In this document: positions 39,759-49,004 of the stretch, in pieces
How the letters are laid out: each line of letters starts with the position of its first letter
How positions within the stretch are numbered: the stretch's first letter is position 1
Assembly (NCBI GenBank): GCA_963669175.1
Contig: OY769902.1
Location: forward strand, 1 to 64,000
DNA length: 64,000 bases
Direction of reading: 5' to 3'
Source of the DNA: a bacterium
GTDB taxonomy: Bacteria; Electryoneota; Electryoneia; Electryoneales; Electryoneaceae
Notes under the pieces: generated by a model
What the model was told of the DNA's origin: nothing
Seen by the model: only the letters and a program-made list of their open reading frames with translations
Database searches by the model: none
Made by a program: the position numbers and the translations under genes

Positions 39759-40340
39759 TTACTCGGCCTTTTCTTCCTTCACTTCTTCTTCGGCCGCTTC
39801 TTCCGCTTTGGGCTCTTCTGCCGGCTTCTCTTCAGCCTTGGCTTCGGCCTTTTCCTCTACCTTGGCCTCTGCCTTTTCGGGAGCCTTTTCTTCTTTCTTC
39901 TCTTCCTTCTCTTCCTTCTTGGCTTCCTTCTTCGGCTTCGGCTTTTCGACAGGTTCGGGCGGCGTCACATCAAAGACCGGCTTTTCGACCGGCTTCGTAG
40001 CTTCTTTGCCCAGGGTGCCGTAGTGACGTGCACGCAGTTCTTCGACCGCTGCTTCGATCTTTTCCTGATCGTAGCCACGCTTGGTCATGTCCCAGCGAAG
40101 CATGATGCCTTCACGACGGAACAGGCTGCGGACGGTGTCGGACGGCTTGGCGCCATTGTTCAGCCACTTGACGGCGACATCGTGATCGATCTCGACTTTG
40201 GCCGGACGGCTAAGCGGATCATAGATACCGACGTTTTCCAGGTACTTGCCATCACGACGTTGGCGGCTGTCCAATGCGACGATGCGGTAGAACGGCCTCT
40301 TTTTACGACCCATGCGGGTCAGTCTCAGCTTTACTGCCAC
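39759..40340 (-). CDS. rpsP: 30S ribosomal protein S16 with K/E/A-rich C-terminal extension
   Basis: MAVKLRLTRMGRKKRPFYRIV...RDGKYLE...GAKPSDTV. Confidence 0.99.
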   Translation of the reverse strand: MAVKLRLTRMGRKKRPFYRIVALDSRQRRDGKYLENVGIYDPLSRPAKVEIDHDVAVKWLNNGAKPSDTVRSLFRREGIMLRWDMTKRGYDQEKIEAAVEELRARHYGTLGKEATKPVEKPVFDVTPPEPVEKPKPKKEAKKEEKEEKKEEKAPEKAEAKVEEKAEAKAEEKPAEEPKAEEAAEEEVKEEKAE

Positions 40341-40354
40341 GTTTCTTTACTCCT

Positions 40355-41683
40355 CTATCCGGGCAAGGGGCCGAATCCTGCAGGCATTCCTTTTTTACCC
40401 ATCTTGCCCATCCTCTTCATCATCTTCTGCATCTGGGTGAACTGGTTCAACAACCGGTTCACATCTTGTACTGTTGTGCCACTGCCAAGTGCAATCCGTT
40501 TGCGTCGGCTGCCGTTGATGATGTTCGGCTTGCGACGCTCTTCCGGTGTCATGGACAGGATAATCGCCTCAACGTGCTTCATCTCCTTGGGATCAACTTC
40601 GATGCCCTTGAGCTGCTTGCCCACGCCGGGGATCATTTTCAACAGGTTTTCCAGCGGGCCCATGTTGGCGATCTGCTGGAGCTGGCTCAAAAAATCTTCA
40701 AGGTCAAACTGCTGCTTCTTCAACTTCTCAGCAAGCTTGGCCGTCTTTTCAAAGTCCATCGATTCCTGGGCTTTTTCCACCAGGGAGACGACGTCTCCCA
40801 TGCCCAGGATACGATTTGCCATCCGGTCGGGGTGGAATTCCTCGATCTCGTCGAGTTTTTCACCCATACCCACGAACCGGATCGGCTCGCCGGTAACTTC
40901 ACGGATGCTGAGCGCCGCCCCACCACGAGCGTCGCCGTCCATCTTGGTCAGAATAATGCCCGAAATGCCGAGCTGCTCATTAAACGCCTTGGCGGAATTC
41001 ACCGCGTCCTGACCGGTCATGCCATCAGCAACGAACAGGACTTCCGACGGTTTGAGCTGTTCCTTGATCTCGGTCAGCTCATGCATAAGGGCTTCGTCAA
41101 CGTGCAAACGGCCGGCGGTGTCCACGATTAACGTGTCCAACCCTTCGACTGATGCTTTGCGCTTGGCTTCAAGTGCGACCGCCAGGGGATTGCTTGAACG
41201 GTCTACCACGACATTAACGCCGACCTGTTCGCCAACCCGTTCGAGCTGGTCGATCGCTGCCGGACGCTGCATATCACATGCGGCCAACAGGGGACGCATG
41301 CCACGCTTTTTAAGATATAGCGCTAATTTGCCCGAACTGGTCGTTTTTCCTGAACCCTGGAGCCCCACCATCAGGTATACCGTGGGCGGCTCCTTGCTTC
41401 TGCGTAGCTGGCTCCAGTTACGTCCCAGCAGTTCCGTGAGTTCGTCGTGCAGGATCTTGACCACCTGCTGCGCCGGGGTGACCGATTTGATCACCTCTTC
41501 GCCGACTGCACGTTCTTCGACACGCTTCAGGAAACTTTTCGCAACCTTGAAGTTGACGTCCGCTTCGAGCAGAATACGCCGAACCTCACGCAGGGCAGCC
41601 TGAACATCCTTCTCGGTCAGTTTGCCACGGCCGCGAAGCTTCTTGAAAAAGCCGTCAAGTTTATCTTGTAACTCACCAAACAC
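40355..41683 (-). CDS. ffh: Signal recognition particle protein
   Basis: LLEADVN, GLQGSGKTT, DTAGR, TKMDGDARGGAALS and M domain; likely GTG start at 41683. Confidence 0.99.
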   Translation of the reverse strand: MFGELQDKLDGFFKKLRGRGKLTEKDVQAALREVRRILLEADVNFKVAKSFLKRVEERAVGEEVIKSVTPAQQVVKILHDELTELLGRNWSQLRRSKEPPTVYLMVGLQGSGKTTSSGKLALYLKKRGMRPLLAACDMQRPAAIDQLERVGEQVGVNVVVDRSSNPLAVALEAKRKASVEGLDTLIVDTAGRLHVDEALMHELTEIKEQLKPSEVLFVADGMTGQDAVNSAKAFNEQLGISGIILTKMDGDARGGAALSIREVTGEPIRFVGMGEKLDEIEEFHPDRMANRILGMGDVVSLVEKAQESMDFEKTAKLAEKLKKQQFDLEDFLSQLQQIANMGPLENLLKMIPGVGKQLKGIEVDPKEMKHVEAIILSMTPEERRKPNIINGSRRKRIALGSGTTVQDVNRLLNQFTQMQKMMKRMGKMGKKGMPAGFGPLPG

Positions 41684-41692
41684 GAGCAAAAC

Positions 41693-41813
41693 CAATTAGG
41701 AATTAGCAATTAGGAATTAGGAATTAGGAATTTCCAAACCCCATAAAGCAATGTCAATCAACGAATTCCAATGTCTTTCAATTACCAATTACTAATTACT
41801 AATTTCTAATTAT
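41693..41813. repeat. Inverted heptamer repeat blocks (AATTAGG)n ... (AATTACT)n
   Basis: Two opposed tandem heptamer arrays between ffh and rfaE2. Confidence 0.85.
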
Positions 41814-42296
41814 TTAACAGTGTCGTTCTCGAATTGTTTCGATAATCTGTGTCGTGGACAGCCCGGGTACGAGCGGAATAATTTCCACCCGTCCACCGTG
41901 CGCTTCAACCGTATCGCGGCCAACGACAGTATCCGGTGTATAATCGCCACCTTTGACCAGCACGTCCGGGATAACCGTATCAATCAACCCGGCCGGAGTG
42001 TCTTCATCAAAGAACGCGACGGCATCAACCCATTTCAGGGCGAGCAGCATGGCGGCACGATTGTCCTGATCAATAATCGGACGTTTCGGTCCCTTGATCC
42101 TGCGGACACTGGCATCGGAATTCAGGCCGATAATCAGCGCATCCCCGAAAGAACGAGCCTTCCGGATCGATTCCAAATGCCCGGCATGGAGAATGTCAAA
42201 GACTCCATTCGTAAACGCCAGAGTTTCTCCCTGCCGCCTCAGTTCTTCCCGCCAGCGTGCTGCTTCTTCCCAGGAGACCAGGGGCATGAATCGCAT
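41814..42296 (-). CDS. rfaE2: D-glycero-beta-D-manno-heptose 1-phosphate adenylyltransferase
   Basis: TNGVFDILHAGH, GLNSDASVRRIKG and LVKGGDY motifs. Confidence 0.95.
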   Translation of the reverse strand: MRFMPLVSWEEAARWREELRRQGETLAFTNGVFDILHAGHLESIRKARSFGDALIIGLNSDASVRRIKGPKRPIIDQDNRAAMLLALKWVDAVAFFDEDTPAGLIDTVIPDVLVKGGDYTPDTVVGRDTVEAHGGRVEIIPLVPGLSTTQIIETIRERHC

Positions 42297-42312
42297 CCTT
42301 TCAAGCCTGTTC

Positions 42313-42495
42313 CGTCAGGTCTTGCGCAACACACACCGACTTGACAAGGTCCAAAACTTCAAGCGTGTGACCTGGCGGCACTCTTCAGATGGTTCCAAGT
42401 GTCAGGTCACACAGCGACAGAATATCAAGTGCAACTTAACCGTAAAACCAAAATTGAATTCAATTCATTTGCTTTGTCGCTGCAAGACCTGACAC
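42313..42495. repeat. Nested REP-like inverted repeats
   Basis: Outer pair gtcaggtcttgc / gcaagacctgac; inner pair gtgtgacctg / caggtcacac. Confidence 0.6.
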
Positions 42496-42616
42496 AACAA
42501 TGCGAAATGTATTCTTGCTTAATACTACCCGTAAAATCGACGACCATCGATTGCCCTTACAGGAAGGAGGCCCCAGTGGAGCCTCCCGAACATGCTGTTC
42601 TTTCAATACTTGGGTG

Positions 42617-42690
42617 TGGGCGATACTGGAGTCGAACCAGTGACCTCTGGTATGTGAGACCAGCGCTCTAACCAACTGAGCTAATCGCCC
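42617..42690 (-). tRNA. tRNA-Val (anticodon CAC)
   Basis: GGGCGAT acceptor stem, TAGCTCAGTTGGTTAGAGC D arm, CTGGT-CT-CAC-AT-ACCAG anticodon arm, GGTTCGACT T loop; CCA not encoded. Confidence 0.97.
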
Positions 42691-42751
42691 TTCGTCACAT
42701 TATACCCGAGACGTATCAAGCTTTAGAGTATAGGCGACGCGAACTGAAAAA

Positions 42752-43732
42752 TCAATCCCCGGTCTCAGCGAGCAGGGCCTGTGGAGTAATCGGTACGACA
42801 CCAACTTCACCAACCACATAACCGGCTGCCATAGTAGCCAGTTTTGAGGATTCTTCAGGACTCATTCCGACTGCCTGGGCCGCGGTAATGGTAGCAATCA
42901 CAGTATCTCCAGCGCCGGAAACATCACTGATCTGGTGGTTCTTCGCCGGAATATGCAACGGCTGTTCGCCCATGCGGTACAGGCTCATCCCTTCGGCGCC
43001 GCGTGTAATCAGCACCTGCTCCGCCTGCAAACGCGCCAGCAACTCACCGGAAGCACGATCGATGTCGCTGCGGCTGCGGAGCGGACGTCCCAGGGCACGT
43101 TCCGCTTCTTTACGGTTCGGCTTGAACAGGGTAACGCCCCAATATTCGAAGAAGTTGTTAAACTTGGGATCGACAGTAACGATCATGTTCTTTTCACGGG
43201 CGCGACGCAGAGCGCCGGAGATGATATTACGTGTCATAACACCCTTGTTATAGTCTTGCAGGATAATCGCATTCGCGCCTTCCATAAGGACATCAAGGCG
43301 TTCCTCGATAGCGGCTTCCACTTCAGGACTGACTTCCGCAGTTTCTTCATTGTCGAAGCGGACGACATGCTGATCATCGGCAATCACACGTGTTTTTACC
43401 GTAGTGGGCCGATTGTCCACACAGACGATACCGCGAATATCGGCGCCTGAAAGGGCCAGCGCATCGGTCAACGCTGCGCCATCCAGGTCATCACCGATGA
43501 TACCGATCGGGGTGACACGGCAACCGAGGGAAGTCAGGTTGTAGACTACATTCCCGGCGCCGCCGGGCTTTTCCGCTTCTTCGTAGACTTCAACGACCGG
43601 TACGGGCGCTTCCGGGCTGATCCGGTTCACACGTCCCCAGATATACCGGTCCAACATTTGATCCCCCAGCACAACAACGCTGCAATCTTGAAATTTTTCC
43701 AGCGCTTGCTCGACGGTGCTACGATCAAGCAT
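42752..43732 (-). CDS. rfaE1: D-glycero-beta-D-manno-heptose-7-phosphate kinase
   Basis: RISPEAPVPV, GGAGNV, DYNKG and DVSGAGDTV motifs. Confidence 0.95.
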   Translation of the reverse strand: MLDRSTVEQALEKFQDCSVVVLGDQMLDRYIWGRVNRISPEAPVPVVEVYEEAEKPGGAGNVVYNLTSLGCRVTPIGIIGDDLDGAALTDALALSGADIRGIVCVDNRPTTVKTRVIADDQHVVRFDNEETAEVSPEVEAAIEERLDVLMEGANAIILQDYNKGVMTRNIISGALRRAREKNMIVTVDPKFNNFFEYWGVTLFKPNRKEAERALGRPLRSRSDIDRASGELLARLQAEQVLITRGAEGMSLYRMGEQPLHIPAKNHQISDVSGAGDTVIATITAAQAVGMSPEESSKLATMAAGYVVGEVGVVPITPQALLAETGD

Positions 43733-43952
43733 ACCCCTGCCTCCCTCTGGTTCTCGGGATGATTGCCCCAGTTAGGGCGAATACTGCCTGTTACCTGCGA
43801 TGAGGATGCAATGTACTGAAAAATGAAGGGGCAGACCAACCTTGACTGCTCGAAGGGAACCGGGTAACTGCTTCAGATAGCGAGCTTCTCTTGGCTCCGC
43901 TGAAGGAAATCGCTACCTTCTTTCTAAACATCCACCAAATCCAGGGGGGATA

Positions 43953-45128
43953 ATGGAAAAATACAACGTGATGTTCATTGATGATGATGTAGCTATTCTT
44001 GAAACATTCGAGAGTATGCTCAGATTCAAAGAAAACGAGTGGAACATGACATTTGCGCCGTCAGGCGAGGAAGCCTGGCAGTTTATGCAGGACACGCAGT
44101 TTGATGTGATAACACTAGATGTTGATATGCCTGATATAAACGGTATTGATTTGCTGAAACGTATTAAAGCAGATCCGAAAACCAGCGCCACCAAAGTCGT
44201 CATGGTGACCGGGCTGCAAGACGCTGACCTGAAAAGGCAAGCGCTTGAACTGGGCGCTGCCGACCTTCTCCCGAAACCTATCCGGATGATTGACCTGATC
44301 GCACGTATTAATAATGTTTTACGTGTCAAGAGGTATGAGGATGAACTGCTGGAGAAAAACAAAACCCTCCATAATCAGCTCGCGCATATTCAGTTCATGG
44401 AACTGGTCGGGATGATTGCCGCCAAGAATATTCATGATCTCAAGAATATCAACATGATTATCATGGGCTTCCTGGAATTGATGAAGATGGATGTAGAACC
44501 GGACTCGCCGTTGATGGAATCGCTGAGTGAGATGGAAACAGCGACCAAAAGGATGGATACCCGGGTAAAACATATCCTCAAGGTAGGTAAACCTTCGTTG
44601 AACATTCGTACGCTGAATGTTGTCGATGTGCTCAAAGAAGCGCTGGCCATGATAGAGCCCTTCTTCCCGAAGGGAAAAAGCGCAGCATGGGAAGAACCTG
44701 TGGAGAAGTATTACACCCGGATGGCGCATGCGCGTCTGATACAGGTATTCCTGAATCTTCTGATCCAGGCAACTGAATCAGTTTCAAAGAAAGAAACGGT
44801 CAGTATCTCATTGGATACTGTCAATAAGGAAAGTGTGCCGGATTGCCCGGAAATGAACAAAGACTACCTTCGTATCATTATTCGTGACAATGGGAAATCC
44901 CTTTCTGCCAACGCTCTCAAGAGATTGTGTGAGCTGGATGACAGCAAAGAAGGGGTGCAACAACGTAATACAGGTTTTCTTGTCAGCAAGGAAGTGATGG
45001 AAGAAGCCGGTGGGTGTATGAAGGTGAGCGCTGATCCGGAACGTGGTACGATCCGCACCATGTTAATACCTTTGGTGGAAAAAGAAGAAGAGAAGGAGTC
45101 GCTCCAAGATCCCCTGCTCAGAGAGTAA
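43953..45128 (+). CDS. Receiver domain fused to a degenerate histidine-kinase domain
   Basis: REC motifs IDDD, LDVDMPDING and KP; H box HDLKN; N, G1 and G2 boxes are eroded. Confidence 0.85.
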   Translation: MEKYNVMFIDDDVAILETFESMLRFKENEWNMTFAPSGEEAWQFMQDTQFDVITLDVDMPDINGIDLLKRIKADPKTSATKVVMVTGLQDADLKRQALELGAADLLPKPIRMIDLIARINNVLRVKRYEDELLEKNKTLHNQLAHIQFMELVGMIAAKNIHDLKNINMIIMGFLELMKMDVEPDSPLMESLSEMETATKRMDTRVKHILKVGKPSLNIRTLNVVDVLKEALAMIEPFFPKGKSAAWEEPVEKYYTRMAHARLIQVFLNLLIQATESVSKKETVSISLDTVNKESVPDCPEMNKDYLRIIIRDNGKSLSANALKRLCELDDSKEGVQQRNTGFLVSKEVMEEAGGCMKVSADPERGTIRTMLIPLVEKEEEKESLQDPLLRE

Positions 45129-45138
45129 AGGCATAAAC

Positions 45139-45855
45139 ATGTTAAAACGCTTAACCATTCTTCTATTAGTAAGCTTCATTCTGGCGCCTGTATCACATAC
45201 TTTTGCCCGGGAAGATACGCCCTGGTATCGTACCATCGGTATCAGTCTGCAACGTGATGGCATGTTCGCAACCACCTACCATACCACCGGAGATATCTGG
45301 TGGGGTTATTATGGCCCGTCCTACTTCAACGAAGGCAATTCCATTCACCGGTATGGCTACAGCTTCTATGCCCAGGCGGATGTGTATAAAACGTACTATG
45401 TGAAACTTGGCTTCCGTCTGTTGAACCAGCCCGACGATGTGCTCAAAGCGCACTATACCGAGTATGGTGTCAATACGGATGGCGAATCTGTAGAAATTCA
45501 CTACGCATCCGATATCAGCGATATGGCGGACCTGGCTGTCATTGATATCTTTGGCGGATACCGGTATCCCATGCACAAGCTGCTGAATGTCAATTTCGGT
45601 ATTGGCGTAAGCTGGTTCAGAAGTAACAACCAGGGAAAAGCCCTGTTCGGCGGGTTTGCCGACCTGGAATTCAAACCGATTCCCATGGTCGGTTTCAGCG
45701 GCGGTATCAAGTTCGCGCAAAAGGTACGGTTCAGCGAAACTCAGGAGGTCGTCGAGGAGACCACGCCATTTCGTCGAGCGACAAACACGATTCACCTTGA
45801 GTGGGACTCCTGGTGTTATTACTTTGGCATGACGGTATATCCGGGGTTGTGGTAG
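45139..45855 (+). CDS. Putative outer-membrane beta-barrel protein
   Basis: Signal peptide; alternating aromatic beta strands; C-terminal YYFGMTVYPGLW. Confidence 0.6.
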   Translation: MLKRLTILLLVSFILAPVSHTFAREDTPWYRTIGISLQRDGMFATTYHTTGDIWWGYYGPSYFNEGNSIHRYGYSFYAQADVYKTYYVKLGFRLLNQPDDVLKAHYTEYGVNTDGESVEIHYASDISDMADLAVIDIFGGYRYPMHKLLNVNFGIGVSWFRSNNQGKALFGGFADLEFKPIPMVGFSGGIKFAQKVRFSETQEVVEETTPFRRATNTIHLEWDSWCYYFGMTVYPGLW

Positions 45856-45858
45856 GAA

Positions 45859-46372
45859 GTGAAAAAAGTAGGCAGTGAAAAAAGTGAAAAAAGAATCAGA
45901 TAATTGGGAAGTTATTGGGTGGTCCCCGGAGTTGGAAAGTTGGAAAGTTAATCCATGTGCATGACCCGATATGCCTGATATGCAGCATGATTCTCGTGAA
46001 ATGCTGACAACACTTGTGGGGCTTCGCCCTGTGATGAAGATGATGAGCAAGTCGGGATTATCTGAAAAGTTTGAAAGTTGAAAAGTTAATGGGTGGCCCG
46101 ATCCGCAAGTGATGCAGTTGTGTGTTCCTGCTGCTGCTGCAATAGGGTGAAAGACCTGCAATCTGTTGTGTAACCTTGAGCGCATCGGGACTATGCAGGG
46201 TTGGAAGGTTGAAAAGTTCTAAAGTTACTAATTTGTTAAAATAACGACCTCATTTATCAAAGATGTGTGGCCCGGGTGCTGGCACCCGGGAGTTGATTGT
46301 GAACAACAACTTGTAGATTTTGTCGTAGGGGTGAGCCGTGTAGTTTGAGGGAGCGCACGGTGTACCCCTACG
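45859..46372. repeat. Mosaic of REP-like elements and short tandem repeats
   Basis: GTGAAAAAA and GAAAGTTG repeats; 92/93-nt elements at 45965-46056 and 46097-46189; gtgg-cccgggtgc/gcacccggg hairpin; GTAGGGG...CCCCTAC at ~46325-46371. Confidence 0.75.
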
Positions 46373-46404
46373 ACTCCTCATAAGGTCAGCAAAGAAGGCA
46401 TCTC

Positions 46405-47076
46405 ATGAGCCTCTGGACGATTTTCCTGCATGCTTCCATCGTGAACAAGCTGCTGCTTGTCATTCTGTTGGGAGCTTCGGTTTTCAGTTGGGCGATTGTC
46501 ATCGATCGTTTCCGTTATTTTCGTCGGTCACGTATCGCCGACCTGGCATTCCTGGAAGCGGTCGGGCGAGCCTGGACCCGCAAAACACTGCACAGCGCAG
46601 CGACTTCCACGAACGATTCTCCGGTTGGAAAGATTTTTCTCGCCGCAGAAGCGGAAGTCATGGCGCGTGGCAATGCGACAGTTAAAGCCTGGACCGAACT
46701 GCTTGAGATTGAACGTGAGGCCCAGCGTCCCGAGGGCGAACGTGGTCTGCCGATCCTCGCGATTATCGCCAGCGCCAGCCCGTTTGTCGGATTGATGGGA
46801 ACGGTCTGGGGAGTGATGGTAGCGTTCCTTCGGCTGGCGGAACTCCAGGGCGGGCAACCGGCGCTGGAAATGGTCGGTCCCGGTATCGCGGAAGCGTTGA
46901 TTGCTACAGCCGTAGGTCTGTTCGCAGCTATTCCGGCCGTGGTCGCATACAATGCGTTTGTCGCACAACAACGGAACCTGCAACGTCGTGCCACCGATTT
47001 CATCCGACGCCTGGAAGTGGCCATTTCTATCCCGCCCAAGGGACGTGAAGAAGACGGCGAAGAGGCCGACGCATGA
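46405..47076 (+). CDS. MotA/TolQ/ExbB proton channel protein
   Basis: SPFVGLMGTVWGVM and GPGIAEALIATAVGLFAAIPAVVAYN motifs. Confidence 0.95.
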   Translation: MSLWTIFLHASIVNKLLLVILLGASVFSWAIVIDRFRYFRRSRIADLAFLEAVGRAWTRKTLHSAATSTNDSPVGKIFLAAEAEVMARGNATVKAWTELLEIEREAQRPEGERGLPILAIIASASPFVGLMGTVWGVMVAFLRLAELQGGQPALEMVGPGIAEALIATAVGLFAAIPAVVAYNAFVAQQRNLQRRATDFIRRLEVAISIPPKGREEDGEEADA

Positions 47077-47543
47077 TGGGCGTCAACAATAAAAAGGGCG
47101 AGGATGACGGCCTTGAAGGACTGGCAGAAATCAACGTAACCCCGTTGGTGGATGTCTTTCTTGTCCTGCTGGTCATCTTCATGATCACTGCCCCGGTGAT
47201 CAAAACCGCCCTGGAGATGGGATTGCCCGAGTCGGAATCGGCCAATCCCAACCCGGCCCAGGGATTGACGGTGAAGGTGTTCGCCGATTCTACCATGTTC
47301 ATCGTGACCGATGATTATGAAGAACGAGTTTTTATCGGCGCATTTGGCAACCGTTTCAAGGCCATCTGGAACGATATGGATGACGAAGGCAAACGTCGTC
47401 CTGTATTCCTCGCGGCAGACGAAACCATACCCTACAGTGTGATTATTTATGCCTTGGATGTGATGCGTCAGTCCGGTGTTAAGGATATCGGTCTGCTCAC
47501 CCAGAACGCCAAGGAAGCCAAACGCCGGGGGAGACGAAAGTGA
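47073..47543 (+). CDS. ExbD/TolR protein
   Basis: AEINVTPLVDVFLVLLVIFMITAP motif. Confidence 0.95.
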   Translation: MMGVNNKKGEDDGLEGLAEINVTPLVDVFLVLLVIFMITAPVIKTALEMGLPESESANPNPAQGLTVKVFADSTMFIVTDDYEERVFIGAFGNRFKAIWNDMDDEGKRRPVFLAADETIPYSVIIYALDVMRQSGVKDIGLLTQNAKEAKRRGRRK

Positions 47544-48358
47544 CGACCTGGCAGTTCAGAAACGATCCACAATGGAAAAGCAGTGTGCGCCTTGCCCTGA
47601 TCTTGCACGGTGTGCTGCTTGCGTTGTTGATCATACTGCCACAATTTTCCTTTGATTCCAAACCCCAGGAAATCCAGTTCGTGCGCCTGATGGGTGGTGG
47701 GGATCGTACACCCGGCTGGATTACGTCAACCGAACGCCAGGTAACCGAAGCGAAGGTGCATGACGGCCTTCCGGTGCAACCCAAACCGCAGCCACGTGAA
47801 GAAGTGAAGACCGAACCAGCGCCTTCTCAGCAGGAAACTGTGCCCGCTTTGCAGGAAGAGACGTCCAAGCCGAAAGAGGAAACGACCCATCAGGAAGAAA
47901 CACCTGCATTACCGGAACCGGAAGTGAAGAGTAATGCGGAAGAAGGATCCAGCGAGACCGCTCGTGGTGAAGGCGCTCAGACGGAAGAGGTGAAAGAAGA
48001 AGCGTCATCGGGTACAGGAGTGGCACGTGCGCCGGGACCGGAAGGGCCGGGTCGCGGGGCCACCAGTGACGCTCAATTCGCCGGGGCGGATCGTTACATG
48101 CTGAGTGTGGAAGCGGAAGTGAACAAGAATTTCCGTTACCGCAGCCAGGGCAGCAAGCAGGTTTCAGCCGTGGTGCATTTTTACATCAACAAACGTGGAC
48201 GGGTAGAAGAACTGATCCTGATGCAGGCCAGCGGCATTGCCAGCCTGGACCAGGCCGCACAGTCCGCCGTAAAACGATCCGGCTTTCCTCCGCTCCCCAT
48301 GAGCTACCCGGCATCGCGCCTCGGGATTACCTACCGGTTCTATAACCTGAAGAAGTAG
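47540..48358 (+). CDS. TonB/TolA family energy transducer
   Basis: N-terminal TM with His; Pro/Glu-rich linker; TonB-C like end (SGIASLDQAA...FPPLP). Confidence 0.85.
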   Translation: MTTWQFRNDPQWKSSVRLALILHGVLLALLIILPQFSFDSKPQEIQFVRLMGGGDRTPGWITSTERQVTEAKVHDGLPVQPKPQPREEVKTEPAPSQQETVPALQEETSKPKEETTHQEETPALPEPEVKSNAEEGSSETARGEGAQTEEVKEEASSGTGVARAPGPEGPGRGATSDAQFAGADRYMLSVEAEVNKNFRYRSQGSKQVSAVVHFYINKRGRVEELILMQASGIASLDQAAQSAVKRSGFPPLPMSYPASRLGITYRFYNLKK

Positions 48359-48736
48359 CTCCCTCGAGGACCATCAACATTTTTTGGTTCCTCACAAGAA
48401 TTTGCGCATCCGGGCAAAGTTGTGGCAGGTCTTGACGCGACATTCCGTTTTCGGCTTTCGCAATGTATTTCTGAATGCACATGATACTGAAACCACCTCT
48501 CGTCCTGTTATTGTCGCGTTGTGACCTGCCACCGGTATCAGCACTCCAGTGGACCATTGCACCTGCTATGATGTTGTCGGCAATACGAGCATGTCATACA
48601 GAACACCCTGTAAATCAGGCCACCCAGGCATTCCGCAGTTCCCGACGGCAAGTTTACATATCATTCAGCATATCCCGGAATCGTAATGCAGTTCAATTAT
48701 ATATCTTAATTCTTCATTCTTAATTCACAAGAGGTT

Positions 48737-48885
48737 GGGTGACCCGATCCGCAGGTGATGCAACTTCCGTTTTCGATTCAGCAGGAAAACTCTCATTACA
48801 TCTCTTATTCAATCGATACTCATGAGCGCATCGGGACAGGGCTTCACACAAAAGAGAAAACGCAATCCCGACTTGCTCATCCTCA
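48737..48885 (+). repeat. ~93-nt hairpin-ended element plus an inverted half copy
   Basis: gggtga-cccgatccgc...gagcgcatcggg 48743-48835; cccgacttgctcat at ~48867. Confidence 0.7.
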
Positions 48886-49004
48886 CTCGGCACGGTTGCT
48901 ATTGATTGCAAGCGGTGATAGTTTATCAGGATGAGTGTGCTGTAAACGTAGAGGACTATTTCCGTTAATTTGATTCATTTCTGAAAGATACGCATGGAGG
49001 CTAC

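Noticed and set aside
39759-40020. Low-complexity K/E/A tail on S16
   Set aside because: Extended S16 proteins are common in FCB and other phyla, so this is not novel.
39399-41131. Long plus-strand ORFs (537 aa, 285 aa) and similar ones at 77-529, 12893-13999, 31941-33062, 34728-35522, 45193-46185 and 58245-59741
   Set aside because: They are antisense shadows of well-supported genes and have no recognisable motifs.
42560-42690. tRNA-Val as an integration site of an island
   Set aside because: No integrase nearby and no duplicate of the tRNA 3' end was noticed in the window.
43740-43940. Possible ncRNA (SRP/6S) between rfaE1 and the response regulator
   Set aside because: No SRP GGAA-loop domain IV motif or convincing long stem could be identified by eye.
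46405-48358. TolQ/R/A-like trio without tolB/pal
   Set aside because: Stand-alone ExbB/ExbD/TonB-type trios are common, and partners may lie elsewhere.
8412-48835. CRISPR array or integron interpretation of the conserved-end, variable-middle elements
   Set aside because: Copies are dispersed, not tandem; there are no cas or intI genes and no RYYYAAC/GTTRRRY attC ends.
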